Part shown: one piece after another, positions 18,703-28,400 of the stretch
How positions within the stretch are numbered: position 1 is the first letter of the stretch
Layout: each line of letters starts with the position of its first letter
NCBI GenBank assembly: GCA_044222475.1
Contig: JBGANF010000076.1
Span: 1 to 38,189, forward strand
DNA: 38,189 bases
Direction of reading: 5' to 3'
Source: Polyangiaceae bacterium
GTDB taxonomy: Bacteria; Myxococcota_A; Polyangia; Polyangiales; Polyangiaceae
The notes under the pieces: generated by a model
Told to the model about the DNA's origin: nothing
Database searches by the model: none
The model's input: the letters and a program-made list of their open reading frames with translations, nothing else
Program-made: the position numbers and the translations under genes

Positions 18703-19349
18703 TGTCTGGCATGCGTCTCGTGTTCATGGGCCCGCCGGGTGCCGGGAAGGGCACGCAAGCGAAGATCATCTGCGAGAAGCACTCGATCCCGCAGATCTCC
18801 ACCGGCGACATGCTCCGCGCGGCCAAGAAGGCCGGCAAGCTCGACCCCGAGCTCGTGAAGGCGATGGACAACGGCGCGCTCGTCCCCGACGCGGTCGTCA
18901 TCGGGCTCATCCGCGACCGTATCCAGGAGCCCGATGCCAAGAGCGGCTTCCTCCTCGATGGCTTCCCCCGCACGGTCCCCCAGGCCGAGGCGCTCGATGG
19001 GATGCTCAGCTCGCTCTCGGGTGGGGGCAAGCCGCTCAACGTGGCGGTCGCCCTCGAGGTGCCGGATTCGCTGCTGGTCGAACGTACAGTGCTACGGCGA
19101 ACCGACAAACGCACTGGACAGATTTATCACTTGAAGTATAACCCGCCGCCCCCCGATGCCGTACTCGAGCACCGGGCGGACGATACGGAAGAAGTCGTTC
19201 GCAAACGCTTGGATGCGTATGCGAGGGACACCGCGGCAGTCATTCCCTACTACGAGAAGAAGGGGATCCTGAAGCGCGTCGACGGGACGCAAGACGTCTC
19301 GAAGGTGACGGAGCAAGTGTTCGCAGCACTCGCCACCGCCACCGGATGA
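18702..19349 (+). CDS. adk: Adenylate kinase
   Basis: GPPGAGKGTQ, STGDMLR and LLDGFPRT motifs; LID lacks Zn cysteines; TAATG overlap with secY (alternative start 18711). Confidence 0.98.
   Translation: MSGMRLVFMGPPGAGKGTQAKIICEKHSIPQISTGDMLRAAKKAGKLDPELVKAMDNGALVPDAVVIGLIRDRIQEPDAKSGFLLDGFPRTVPQAEALDGMLSSLSGGGKPLNVAVALEVPDSLLVERTVLRRTDKRTGQIYHLKYNPPPPDAVLEHRADDTEEVVRKRLDAYARDTAAVIPYYEKKGILKRVDGTQDVSKVTEQVFAALATATG
19115..19142 (+). promoter_or_regulatory. Candidate internal promoter inside adk for infA-rpmJ-alpha genes
   Basis: TGGACA-16 nt-TATAAC within a conspicuously AT-rich patch of an otherwise GC3-rich gene. Confidence 0.5.
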
Positions 19350-19371
19350 AAGAAGAGAGAGGTAGTTTTTG

Positions 19372-19617
19372 GTGATGAGTGAACGACGGGAGCGCAAAGA
19401 ACCCAAGGGCGACAAGCTCGAGTTCGATGGTGTCGTCCAGGAAGCGCTTCCGAACGCCATGTTCAACGTCAAGTGTGACAACGGCCTCTCGGTGCTCGCC
19501 ACCATCAGCGGCCGCATGCGTCAGTTCTACATCCGCATTCTCCCGGGCGACCGGGTCACCGTCGAGGTGAGCCCGTACGACCCCAGCCGTGGCCGGATCA
19601 CCTACCGGCACAAGTAA
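19372..19617 (+). CDS. infA: Translation initiation factor IF-1
   Basis: [14 protein letters not shown] and [15 protein letters not shown] motifs; exact start (19369/19372/19375) uncertain. Confidence 0.97.
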   Translation: MMSERRERKEPKGDKLEFDGVVQEALPNAMFNVKCDNGLSVLATISGRMRQFYIRILPGDRVTVEVSPYDPSRGRITYRHK

Positions 19618-19638
19618 GAGTCGACTCCAGAGGCAGCT

Positions 19639-19752
19639 ATGAAGGTCCGTCCGTCGGTCAAAAAGATTTGTGACAAGTGCAAGGTCGTCCGCCGCAAGGG
19701 CGTCGTGCGCATCATTTGTGAGAACCCGCGCCACAAGCAGCGGCAAGGTTAA
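19639..19752 (+). CDS. rpmJ: 50S ribosomal protein L36 (Zn-ribbon form); not in the ORF track
   Basis: Hand translation: [37 protein letters not shown]. Confidence 0.98.
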   Translation: MKVRPSVKKICDKCKVVRRKGVVRIICENPRHKQRQG

Positions 19753-19764
19753 AGGGAATTCGTC

Positions 19765-20154
19765 ATGGCTCGTATCGCAGGCGTCGACCTTCCGCGCCAC
19801 AAGCACATCGCCTTCTCGCTCCCGTACCTCTACGGGATCGGCAAGAAGACCGCCCTCGAGATCTGCGCCAAGGCGGGGATCAACCCGGCGAAGAAGACCG
19901 AGGAGCTCACCGAAGGCGAGATCAAGAAGATCCGCGACCTTCTCGAGACGGACTACAAGGTCGAGGGCGACCTCCGCCGCGAAGTGCAGATGAACATCAA
20001 GCGCTTGATGGACCTCGGCTGCTACCGCGGCCTCCGTCACCGCCGCGGCCTCCCGGTCAACGGGCAGCGCACGCACACCAACGCGCGCACGCGCAAGGGC
20101 CCGCGCAAGGGCGCCGTCACCCGTCAGGGCGCGGCTCGCCCGACGGCAAAGTGA
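19765..20154 (+). CDS. rpsM: 30S ribosomal protein S13
   Basis: [10 protein letters not shown] and [26 protein letters not shown] motifs. Confidence 0.99.
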   Translation: MARIAGVDLPRHKHIAFSLPYLYGIGKKTALEICAKAGINPAKKTEELTEGEIKKIRDLLETDYKVEGDLRREVQMNIKRLMDLGCYRGLRHRRGLPVNGQRTHTNARTRKGPRKGAVTRQGAARPTAK

Positions 20155-20168
20155 GAGAGTAGAAGATC

Positions 20169-20615
20169 ATGGCATCCGCAAAGACCGCAGCACCCGCGTC
20201 TACTGGCCCCGCGAGCACCGCGGCTCCGTCCGTCAAGGGCAAGCCGCAGAAGAAGAAGACCCGCAAGAACATCGCGACGGGCATCGCGCACATCCAGTCG
20301 ACGTTCAACAACACCGTCGTCACCATCACCGACATCAACGGCAACTCGATCGCTTGGTCGAGCGCCGGCTCGCGTGGCTTCAAGGGCTCGCGCAAGTCGA
20401 CGCCGTTCGCCGCCCAGCTCGCCGCCGAAGAGGCCGCGCGCAAGGCGATGGAGCACGGGATGCGCTCGGTCGCCGTCTTCGTGAAGGGCCCCGGCGCCGG
20501 ACGCGAGTCCGCGCTCCGCGCGCTCCAGACCGCAGGCTTCAAGGTCACGATCATCCGTGACGTGACGCCGGTTCCGCACAACGGGTGCCGCCCGCCGAAG
20601 CGTCGCCGCGTGTAA
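20169..20615 (+). CDS. rpsK: 30S ribosomal protein S11 with N-terminal extension
   Basis: [17 protein letters not shown] and [18 protein letters not shown] motifs. Confidence 0.99.
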   Translation: MASAKTAAPASTGPASTAAPSVKGKPQKKKTRKNIATGIAHIQSTFNNTVVTITDINGNSIAWSSAGSRGFKGSRKSTPFAAQLAAEEAARKAMEHGMRSVAVFVKGPGAGRESALRALQTAGFKVTIIRDVTPVPHNGCRPPKRRRV

Positions 20616-20707
20616 GAATTGTCCGTCCCATTTTGGGACGTTCCGGGACGAAGTGCATTGCGCACGTAAACCGGTTTTTCGATTCGTCGAGAAAGTAAGA
20701 AGAAGAA

Positions 20708-21337
20708 ATGGCTCGTTACATTGGTCCCGTCTGCAAGCTGTGTCGCCGCGAGGGCATGAAGCTCTTCCTCAAGGGCGAGCGCTGCTACTCCGAGAAGTGT
20801 TCGTACACCCGCCGTCCGTACCCCCCGGGACAGCACGGCCAGGGCCGCATCAAGCTGTCGGAGTACGCGGTTCGTCTCCGTGAGAAGCAGAAGGTCCGCC
20901 GCATCTACGGCGTGCTCGAGCGCCAGTTCCGCGCGTACTACTTCGACGCGACGCGCCGCAAGGGCCGCACCGGCGAAGAGATGCTCGGCCTCCTCGAGAG
21001 CCGCCTCGACAACGTCGTGCACCGCATCGGCTTCGCGACGACGCGCTACGAAGCGCGCCAGCTCGTCAAGCACAACCACGTGCTCGTCAACGGCAAGCGC
21101 GTCAACATCCCGAGCTACATCCTCAAGGTCGGCGACAAGATCGAGATCCGTCCGAGCAGCCGCGAGAGCAAGGCGATCGCAGCGTCGCTCGCTCAGGTCG
21201 ACAAGCGCCCGATGCTGTCGTGGCTCGAGCTCGACAAGGCGAACTTCAGCGGTGTCTTCAAGGCGGCGCCCGTTCGCGAAGAGATGAACGAGCCGGCGAT
21301 TCGCGAGCAGCTCGTCGTCGAATATTACTCCAGGTAG
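20708..21337 (+). CDS. rpsD: 30S ribosomal protein S4 (Cys/Zn type)
   Basis: MARYIGPVCKLCRREG, LESRLDNVV and VVEYYSR motifs. Confidence 0.99.
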   Translation: MARYIGPVCKLCRREGMKLFLKGERCYSEKCSYTRRPYPPGQHGQGRIKLSEYAVRLREKQKVRRIYGVLERQFRAYYFDATRRKGRTGEEMLGLLESRLDNVVHRIGFATTRYEARQLVKHNHVLVNGKRVNIPSYILKVGDKIEIRPSSRESKAIAASLAQVDKRPMLSWLELDKANFSGVFKAAPVREEMNEPAIREQLVVEYYSR

Positions 21338-21443
21338 TCGTCACGCATCACACGGGCAGGCGACGGATGGACCCGGAGAGCGGGTTCGAACGGTCCTCGG
21401 GATCGCCGCGTGAACATCGAGAGAAGCAGGAGAACGAAAGAGC

Positions 21444-22469
21444 ATGAGCACGAACATCACCACCAGGAACTGGCGCGACCTCATCCGTCCGCGTGGCATC
21501 TCCGTCGAGAACGACTCGCTCACCGAGTTCTACGGCAAGTTCACCTGCGAGCCTCTCGAGCGTGGCTACGGCATCACCCTCGGCAACTCGCTCCGCCGCG
21601 TGCTCCTCTCGTCCCTCCAGGGCGCGGCGATCACGGCGATCAAGGTCGACGGTGCGCTCCACGAGTTCACCACGATCGCGGACGTCGTCGAGGACGTGAC
21701 CGACATCATCCTCAACCTGAAGGAAGTCGTCCTCAAGGCCTCGTCGGCGAAGACCTACACGGTCCGCATCGACAAGGAAGGCCCCGGCCCGGTCTACGCG
21801 AAGGACATCCAGCTCGTCGACGGGCTCCAGGTCCTCAACCCGGATCACCTCATCGCGACGCTCGACAAGAAGGGCCCGCTCTCGATGGAGCTGACCGTCA
21901 ACGTCGGCCGCGGCTACGTCCCGGCGGAGAAGAACAAGACCGCGACGATGTCGATCGGCACGATCCCCATCGACGCGCTCTACTCGCCGATCCGCAAGGT
22001 CAACTACACGGTGACCAACGCGCGCGTCGGCCAGCAGACCGACTTCGACAAGCTCGCGCTCGAGGTCTGGACCAACGGCAGCGTGAAGCCGCAGGACGCG
22101 GTCGCGTACGCGGCCAAGATCCTCAAGGAGCAGCTCTCGATCTTCATCAACTTCGAGGAGACCGAGGAGACCAGCTACGCCGCGTCGTCGGGCGAGGACG
22201 AGCCCCTCAACGAGAACCTCTTCCGCTCGGTCGACGAGCTCGAGCTCTCGGTCCGTTCGGCGAACTGCCTCCAGAACGCGAACATCACCCTCATCGGTGA
22301 GCTCGTTCAGCGCACGGAGCAGGACATGCTCAAGACGAAGAACTTCGGCCGCAAGAGCCTGAAGGAAATCAAGGAGATCCTCGCCAACATGGGGCTCTCG
22401 CTCGGAATGAAGATCGACAACTGGCCCTCGATGCTCGAGCGCTGGAAGGCGCAGCAGGCGCAAGCCTGA
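21444..22469 (+). CDS. rpoA: RNA polymerase alpha subunit
   Basis: [33 protein letters not shown] and NFGRKSL motifs. Confidence 0.99.
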   Translation: MSTNITTRNWRDLIRPRGISVENDSLTEFYGKFTCEPLERGYGITLGNSLRRVLLSSLQGAAITAIKVDGALHEFTTIADVVEDVTDIILNLKEVVLKASSAKTYTVRIDKEGPGPVYAKDIQLVDGLQVLNPDHLIATLDKKGPLSMELTVNVGRGYVPAEKNKTATMSIGTIPIDALYSPIRKVNYTVTNARVGQQTDFDKLALEVWTNGSVKPQDAVAYAAKILKEQLSIFINFEETEETSYAASSGEDEPLNENLFRSVDELELSVRSANCLQNANITLIGELVQRTEQDMLKTKNFGRKSLKEIKEILANMGLSLGMKIDNWPSMLERWKAQQAQA

Positions 22470-22492
22470 GGCGTACCTAGAGAGAAGAAGTC

Positions 22493-23038
22493 ATGCGTCA
22501 TCGCAATTCGGGTCGCAAGTTCGACCGCAACACCAGTCACCGCCGCGCGATGCTGCGGAACCTCACCGCGAACCTCGTGCTCCACGAGCGCATCGAGACG
22601 ACCGACGCCAAGGCGAAGGAAGTCCGTCGCGTGGCCGAGCGCCTCATCACCAAGGCGCGTCGCCTCGGTGCGGCGGCGTACACCGAGCAAGAGAAGCTCT
22701 CCGCCGGCGATCAGGCGAAGCGTCTCGCGGCACAGCGCAACGTCGCGGCGTACATCCCGCGCTTCGTCACCCGCATCGAAAAGGGCGGCGAGGAGAAGCG
22801 CGTGGACATCGTCGAGAAGGTCTTCCTCGACCTCGCGAAGCGCTTCAAGGATCGTCCGGGTGGGTACACCCGCATCATCAAGCTCGGAACCCGTCGTGGC
22901 GACGGCGCGCCGATGGCGTACCTCGAGCTCGTCGGCGAGTCGGCCGGCGCGGACGAGGGCGAGAAGAAGCCCAAGGCGTCCAAGAAGAAGGGCAAGGCGA
23001 CCGCAGCCGAGCCGAAGGAAGCCGCGAAGGCGGAGTGA
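22493..23038 (+). CDS. rplQ: 50S ribosomal protein L17 with internal insertion and charged tail
   Basis: [13 protein letters not shown] and [19 protein letters not shown] motifs. Confidence 0.98.
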   Translation: MRHRNSGRKFDRNTSHRRAMLRNLTANLVLHERIETTDAKAKEVRRVAERLITKARRLGAAAYTEQEKLSAGDQAKRLAAQRNVAAYIPRFVTRIEKGGEEKRVDIVEKVFLDLAKRFKDRPGGYTRIIKLGTRRGDGAPMAYLELVGESAGADEGEKKPKASKKKGKATAAEPKEAAKAE

Positions 23039-23067
23039 TCCTCGGGCGTAGCCCTGGGATGCTCGAT

Positions 23068-23104
23068 GAGAGGCCGTGGCGAAAGCCGCGGCCTTTCTCG
23101 TTTT
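23068..23104 (+). terminator. Intrinsic terminator of the alpha operon
   Basis: aggccgtggc-GAAA-gccgcggcct stem followed by ttctcgtttt. Confidence 0.85.
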
Positions 23105-23120
23105 GTCCCGCGGACGCCGC

Positions 23121-23254
23121 GAGAGGAGAGAACAGGAAGGGCGGAAGAGCGGAAGGATTTTGGGGGGTCGAGAACGCCAGCTCATCGCGATGGGCCAGGG
23201 TCAAGAACCCAATCCAAATCCTTCCGTTCTTCCGCCCTTCCTGTTCCCTCTCTC
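23121..23254. repeat. Long inverted repeat (REPIN/MITE-like)
   Basis: 31-nt arms 23130-23160 and 23216-23246 differ at one position (G-T), with a 55-nt spacer; purine/pyrimidine flanks extend the pairing. Confidence 0.85.
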
Positions 23255-23272
23255 TTTTTCTGCTGCACGCGC

Positions 23273-23326
23273 TTGACGGGTCTGGAAGGCTACGTATAGT
23301 AGCTTTCAAGGCTACGAAATGTAGCC
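23273..23326 (+). promoter_or_regulatory. sigma70 promoter overlapped by two palindromic operators
   Basis: TTGACG-16 nt-TATAGT; GCTAC-N5-GTAGC at 23289-23303 and 23311-23325. Confidence 0.8.
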
Positions 23327-23344
23327 ATCAAGAAAGAGGCCCCC

Positions 23345-23776
23345 ATGAACACCCCGTCCAGCTCGCCCGTCACCGGTTCCGTCCAGAAGCTCCTCCGCGT
23401 CGAGGCCTCGGGGCTGCTAGCGCTCGCCGTCGCGCTCTACGTGCGCACGGGCGGGTCGGCGCTCGAGTTCGCGCTGTTGTTCCTCGTGCCCGACCTGTCG
23501 CTTCTCGGGTATCTCTTCGGCAGCAAGGTGGGCGCGGTCCTCTACAACGCGATGCACAGCACCGTCGGGCCCATCGCGCTCGGCGCTGCGTCTCTGTTCG
23601 GGCTCGTCCCTGCGGCGGCCCTCCCGGTCGCGCTCATCTGGGCCGCGCACATCGGCTTCGATCGCACGCTGGGCTATGGCCTCAAGTACGCGACCGCCTT
23701 CGGTCACACCCACCTCGGCGTCATCGGAAAAGCGGCGAAGGCCGTCGCGCTCGTCGCGAGCCCGAAGGCGGCCTGA
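23345..23776 (+). CDS. DUF4260-family small membrane protein
   Basis: LRVE, PDLSLLGY, YNAMH, AHIGFDRTLGYGLKY and THLG motifs. Confidence 0.85.
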   Translation: MNTPSSSPVTGSVQKLLRVEASGLLALAVALYVRTGGSALEFALLFLVPDLSLLGYLFGSKVGAVLYNAMHSTVGPIALGAASLFGLVPAAALPVALIWAAHIGFDRTLGYGLKYATAFGHTHLGVIGKAAKAVALVASPKAA

Positions 23777-23777
23777 C

Positions 23778-24347
23778 GTGTGCGCGGCCCCGGCGAAGAC
23801 GAGTGACGAGGCGATCGTCGCCGCCGCTCGCGAGATCGTCGCGGAGAGCGGCGCGACCGAGCTCTCGATGCAAGCCGTCGCCGAGGCCGTCCGGGTGCGC
23901 GCACCCTCGCTCTACAAACGGTTCCCGAGCCGCGATGCGCTGCTCGACGCGGTCGCGCTCGGCGTCCTCGCCGAGCTGGGCGCGAAGATGGAGCGCGCAG
24001 GTCGGGGACGGGTAGGCGTCGGCGCGCTGGAGGCGATGGCGCGCGGCTATCGCGATTTCGCGAAGCGGTCACCACACCTGTATCGGCTTCTCTTCACCAA
24101 GCGCGTCGAGAGCGCGGACCTCGACCGCGCGCGGGCGGCCGCGGTGCGGCCGGTGATCGAGGCACTGGCCAACGTGGTCGCCGACCCGGCCGACCGACTC
24201 CCCGCGGCGCGCATGCTCACGGCGTTCCTGCACGGCTTCGTGACCATGGAAATCGACGGCGCGTTTCACCTTCACGGCGACGTGCCGCGCGCCTTCGAGT
24301 TCGCAATCGCGAAGATCCTCGCCGGGTTAGAATCGCGACCATCATGA
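23778..24347 (+). CDS. TetR/AcrR-family regulator (WHG-like C-terminal domain)
   Basis: HTH LSMQAVAEAVRVRAPSLYKRF; C-terminal LHGFVTME; GTG start just after DUF4260 (start approximate). Confidence 0.9.
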   Translation: MCAAPAKTSDEAIVAAAREIVAESGATELSMQAVAEAVRVRAPSLYKRFPSRDALLDAVALGVLAELGAKMERAGRGRVGVGALEAMARGYRDFAKRSPHLYRLLFTKRVESADLDRARAAAVRPVIEALANVVADPADRLPAARMLTAFLHGFVTMEIDGAFHLHGDVPRAFEFAIAKILAGLESRPS

Positions 24348-24688
24348 GGTGGTCCGTCGTTCTCGTGGTCGTCGCTGCGGCATGCGAGCCCCCCAGCGCT
24401 CCAGCAGCCGCTCCACCGGCGGCGGTCGGCAGCGCGACATCGGCCGCCGCGGACGGCGACGCGTGCCAGAGCGACATCCCGGACTGCGAGGCCGCGTGCG
24501 CGATGCGAGAGGCGCACCGGACCACCCACATCGATTGGTTCGATCGCCGCTGCGCCGCCGTCGTCCTCGGCAAGAACCCCGACAAGGCGGTTGAGCCACC
24601 GACGGTCGACGGGGGACGACCCAACTGCGACCCTCCGTTCCGCCTCACCGAGGACGGCATCAAGCGCTGGAAGCGCGAGTGCCTCTAG
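24344..24688 (+). CDS. Small Cys-rich lipoprotein, unknown function
   Basis: Lipobox VAAAC, ATGA overlap with tetR; C-terminus CDPPF...G.KRWKRECL. Confidence 0.65.
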   Translation: MRWSVVLVVVAAACEPPSAPAAAPPAAVGSATSAAADGDACQSDIPDCEAACAMREAHRTTHIDWFDRRCAAVVLGKNPDKAVEPPTVDGGRPNCDPPFRLTEDGIKRWKRECL

Positions 24689-25442
24689 CGGCACCATCGT
24701 AGAGCGTCCAATCCACCTCGGCCCACCCCCTCGATCTCAGCGCCGCATTCGCCTTCGAGAAGGGCTTCGACCCCTGGAACGGGATCGGCGCCGCGACGTG
24801 CACCGAGCGCGGCGACGGGTGTGACGCTTCGAGGATCGCGTGACTCGTCGTGACGCCCTCCGCCGGCCTTTCGATCACGTCTCGACGCGCCTGGGCCGCG
24901 CTTCCCCAGAGGACGAAGACGATGCCTGGGCTCGCGCGCGCGACGCTCAGCTTGCGCAGCAAGTCGCCGGTCAGCTTCTCCCACCCTTTGCGCGCGTGCG
25001 AGTTGGGTACCCCCGAACGAACCGTCAGCACCGCGTTCAAGAGGAGCACGCCGTGCTCGGCCCAGCGGACGAGCGAGCCGCTCTTCGGGGCGGCGACCCC
25101 GAGATCCGCGACCAGCTCCTTGAAGACGTTTCCGAGCGAAGGCGGCGCGCGCACCCCCGGCTTCACCGAGAACGAAAGGCCGTGAGCCTGGCCGGCGCGA
25201 AAATACGGGTCTTGCCCCAAGACGACGACCCGCGCGGCGTCGGGCGAAGTCAGCTGCAGAGCGGTGAAGGTCTCGCTCGCGGGCGGGAAGATCGCCGGAC
25301 CCCCTGCGTCTGCCGCCGCGCGCTCGCCCTCCACGAATCGCGCGAGCGGCGACAGGTAATCCGACTCGCCGACGTCGTCGCCGAGGAGCGCGCGCCACGG
25401 CGCCGGGATCTGATTCCAGAGTCGCGCGGCCGCTTCATCCAT
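24660..25442 (-). CDS. ung: Uracil-DNA glycosylase, family 1
   Basis: LGQDPY, AHGLSFSV, GVLLLNAVLTV, FVLWG and HPSP motifs. Confidence 0.95.
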   Translation of the reverse strand: MDEAAARLWNQIPAPWRALLGDDVGESDYLSPLARFVEGERAAADAGGPAIFPPASETFTALQLTSPDAARVVVLGQDPYFRAGQAHGLSFSVKPGVRAPPSLGNVFKELVADLGVAAPKSGSLVRWAEHGVLLLNAVLTVRSGVPNSHARKGWEKLTGDLLRKLSVARASPGIVFVLWGSAAQARRDVIERPAEGVTTSHAILEASHPSPRSVHVAAPIPFQGSKPFSKANAALRSRGWAEVDWTLYDGAARGTRASSA

Positions 25443-25448
25443 CAGGGC

Positions 25449-28400
25449 ATGCTAAACCGTCGCGTGGCCTTGGACCCGACCGACTTCTCTCCCCTCCAGA
25501 GGGCCGCGTTCGCGCGTGACGTTGCGACGGTGCTGCGCCAGGTCGATCCGGTGAGCCGCGTTCGCGGTCGCGAGTACGCCGAGGAAGGCCGGGTCGTCGA
25601 GATGAAGACCAGCGATCGCGGCGTTCGCGCGACGGTCCTCGGCAGCGAGGCGTACACGGTCGAGATGAGCCGAGCCACCGGCGCGCTCGCGACGTCGTGC
25701 GATTGCCCGATCGCGCTCCGCGGCGGCATGTGCAAGCACATCGCCGCGCTCGCGTTCGTCCTCGGCAGCGAAGGCCCGGCGCGCGCCGCCGTCGACGAGC
25801 AAGCGACCGTCCCCCGCCTCGTGAGGGAGCTTCCGGAGCTGCCGACGCGCGCTCTCGCGCATCGACTCGCGCTCTACGTGGGTCGTCCGGTGCCTCCGCC
25901 GATCGAAGGGTGGCGCCGACTCCGCGACTGGTGGCGCACCTCCACGACGAAGGAGACCTCGGTCTTTCGCCACGCGGTCGAGACGAGCGAGCGCGACGTG
26001 ATCCACGTCCTCGACACGCTGCGCACCTTCGTCCCTCCACCTTCACCTTCACCGGGCACGACGTACGGCGAGCTCTACGCCCGGCTCGCGCGAAAGTGCG
26101 TCGAGCTCGCGCGGCGCGGGCTCGTGAACGAGGCGCTGCCCGGACCGCTCGACGCCCGGCACCCCGGCTTCGAGATCGCGTGGACGCCTTCCATGCGCCG
26201 GCTCACGATCAAGGAACGCACGACGCCGCTGCTCGTGAGCCCGCTGTCGCTCGAGCTTCGCATCCCGCTCGAAGACGTCACGATGCTCACGTACGGAGTC
26301 GCGACCGGCATCGGTGCGTCGTCCCTGGCCGAGCTCTTCGTGCTTCGCGCGCTCCTCCTCGCCATGGTGGAGGGCTCGGACCCGGCCATTCGGGCCGTCG
26401 CCGCCGAGCTCGGTCGGCCGCCGTGGGCGCGGGTGCTCGACCACCTCGTCCCCGATGGCCCGACCGCCGCCGCCGAAGAGGAGCTCCACTTCGCCGCCGT
26501 CCCGGTGCACGGCTCCACGTTTCAGGTGCGCGCGCACTCGCGCGGCGTGACCAAGAGCGGCAAGCCGCGGTGGAAACGCACCCCGCTCGACGCGCTCGCG
26601 CGTGGCGTGCCGCGGTCGTCCGAGTCGGCGCGCCGTGTGGCGCGTCTCGCGCTGGCCGCGTTCGGTGATCGTCGCGGCTACGTGGACGCGGCCTCGCCGC
26701 TCGGGCACGAGGTGCTGCTGGCGCTGCGGGCTCACGGTCACGTCCTCGCCAGCGAGCCCAACGCCGAGACCGACCCGCGCACGGCCGGGATGTCGATCGT
26801 GTGCGGCGACCTCACGATGAGCCTCGATCCAGGCGTGGACGGCCTCGTCCGGCCGCACTTCTGGGTCGGCGAGCAGGAGCTCGCGCCGGAGCTCTTTCAG
26901 CACCGAGCGCACGTTCCGCGCGGGTCGCACTTCGGATACGTGGAAGATACATGTATCTGGTCGGCCCAGATCCCCCCCGCGTTGGAGCGCTGGATCGAGT
27001 CGTGGCTCGAAACGCCGGAGATGCTCGCGTTCCCACCCGAGGCGCTCGACGCGCTCTCGACCAAGGTCGAGCCTCTCGTCGCGAGCGGCGCCGCGCGGCT
27101 GCCGAAGGCCACGCTCGGGAGCGAGCTACCGCTCGACCTGACGGCCGCCCTCCGCGTGGAGTGGCGCGCCGACGGGACCGCGGTGCTCGAGCTCTTGGCG
27201 AGCGTCCACCCGAGCGCGCCGCTCGTCACCCCCGGAGCCGGTCCCGAGCTCTACACGTTCCGTCACGACGGAGCGCGCGTCTTCGTCGAGCGGGATCGCC
27301 CGCGCGAGCTCACGGTCGTGGGCGAAGCGCTCGGCGCCCTCGCCGACCACGCCACGTGGGACGGCGCGATCGGCACGACGTCCGACGTCGCTCAGACGCT
27401 CGCCCTCGTCGAGCTCCTGCGCACGAGCTCCCCCGTGTCGAGGGTGGAGGCCAAGCTCGGCAAAGCCCCGTCGGAGATCGCGTGGGGGCAGATGGATCGG
27501 TCGCTCACCGTCGCCCGCGAAGGGGCGTGGTTCGCCGTCCGCGGCGATCTCCGGCTCGGCGATACGACGATCACGCTCGGCGAAGTGCTCGACGCGGCCC
27601 GACTCGCCCGCCGCTACGTGCCGACCAACGACGGTGCGTTCGTCCTCATCCCCGACGAAGTGCAAGAGCGGCTCCTCGCACTCGCGACCGCCGCCGACCT
27701 CGCGAAGCGAGACCCTCGCGGCACGGCGAAGATCCACGACGCGTTCGTCGAGGTCCTCGCCGAGGCGGAGAAGATGTTCACCCGCTCGGAGGGCGTGGAC
27801 GTCATCGGTCACGCGAGAAACCTCGAGGCGGCGCGGAAGAAGAAGGTCAAGCCCGCCATCGAGCAAGGGGAGCTGCGGCCCTACCAGATCGACGGGGCCA
27901 CGTGGATGCTCCGCCTCGCGGCGTGGGCACCGGGCTGCATCCTCGCCGACGACATGGGCCTCGGCAAAACCGTGCAGACTGCATCGGTCTTGCTTTCGCG
28001 CCAGGGGATGGGGCCGGCCCTGGTCGTCGCGCCGGCGAGCGTCACCTCGAACTGGAAGGCGGAGCTCGCGCGGTTCGTGCCGAGCTTGCGGGTGAAGTGG
28101 CTCAACGAAGACCGCGAGATCGATCCCGAGAAGCTCGGCGCGGGTGACGTCGTCATCGTGTCGTACGGGCTACTCCCGCGCGTCGCGCCGGCCCTCGCCG
28201 ACGTGGAGTTCTCCACGCTCGTCATCGACGAGGCGCAGTTCCTCAAGAACGCGGTGGCTCAGCGATCGAGCGTGACGCGCGCGATCAAGCGGAAGTTCAC
28301 GATCGCCCTGACCGGGACGCCCCTCGAAAACCACCTCGGCGATCTTTGGAGTCTCTTCGATCAGGTGTTCCCCGGTCTTCTCGGTCGCGAGCAGGATTTT

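Noticed and set aside
24840..25448. N-terminal 203 aa of the 1472-aa SNF2 ORF
   Set aside because: Overlaps ung antisense; recognisable SWIM-helicase sequence begins only after 25449.
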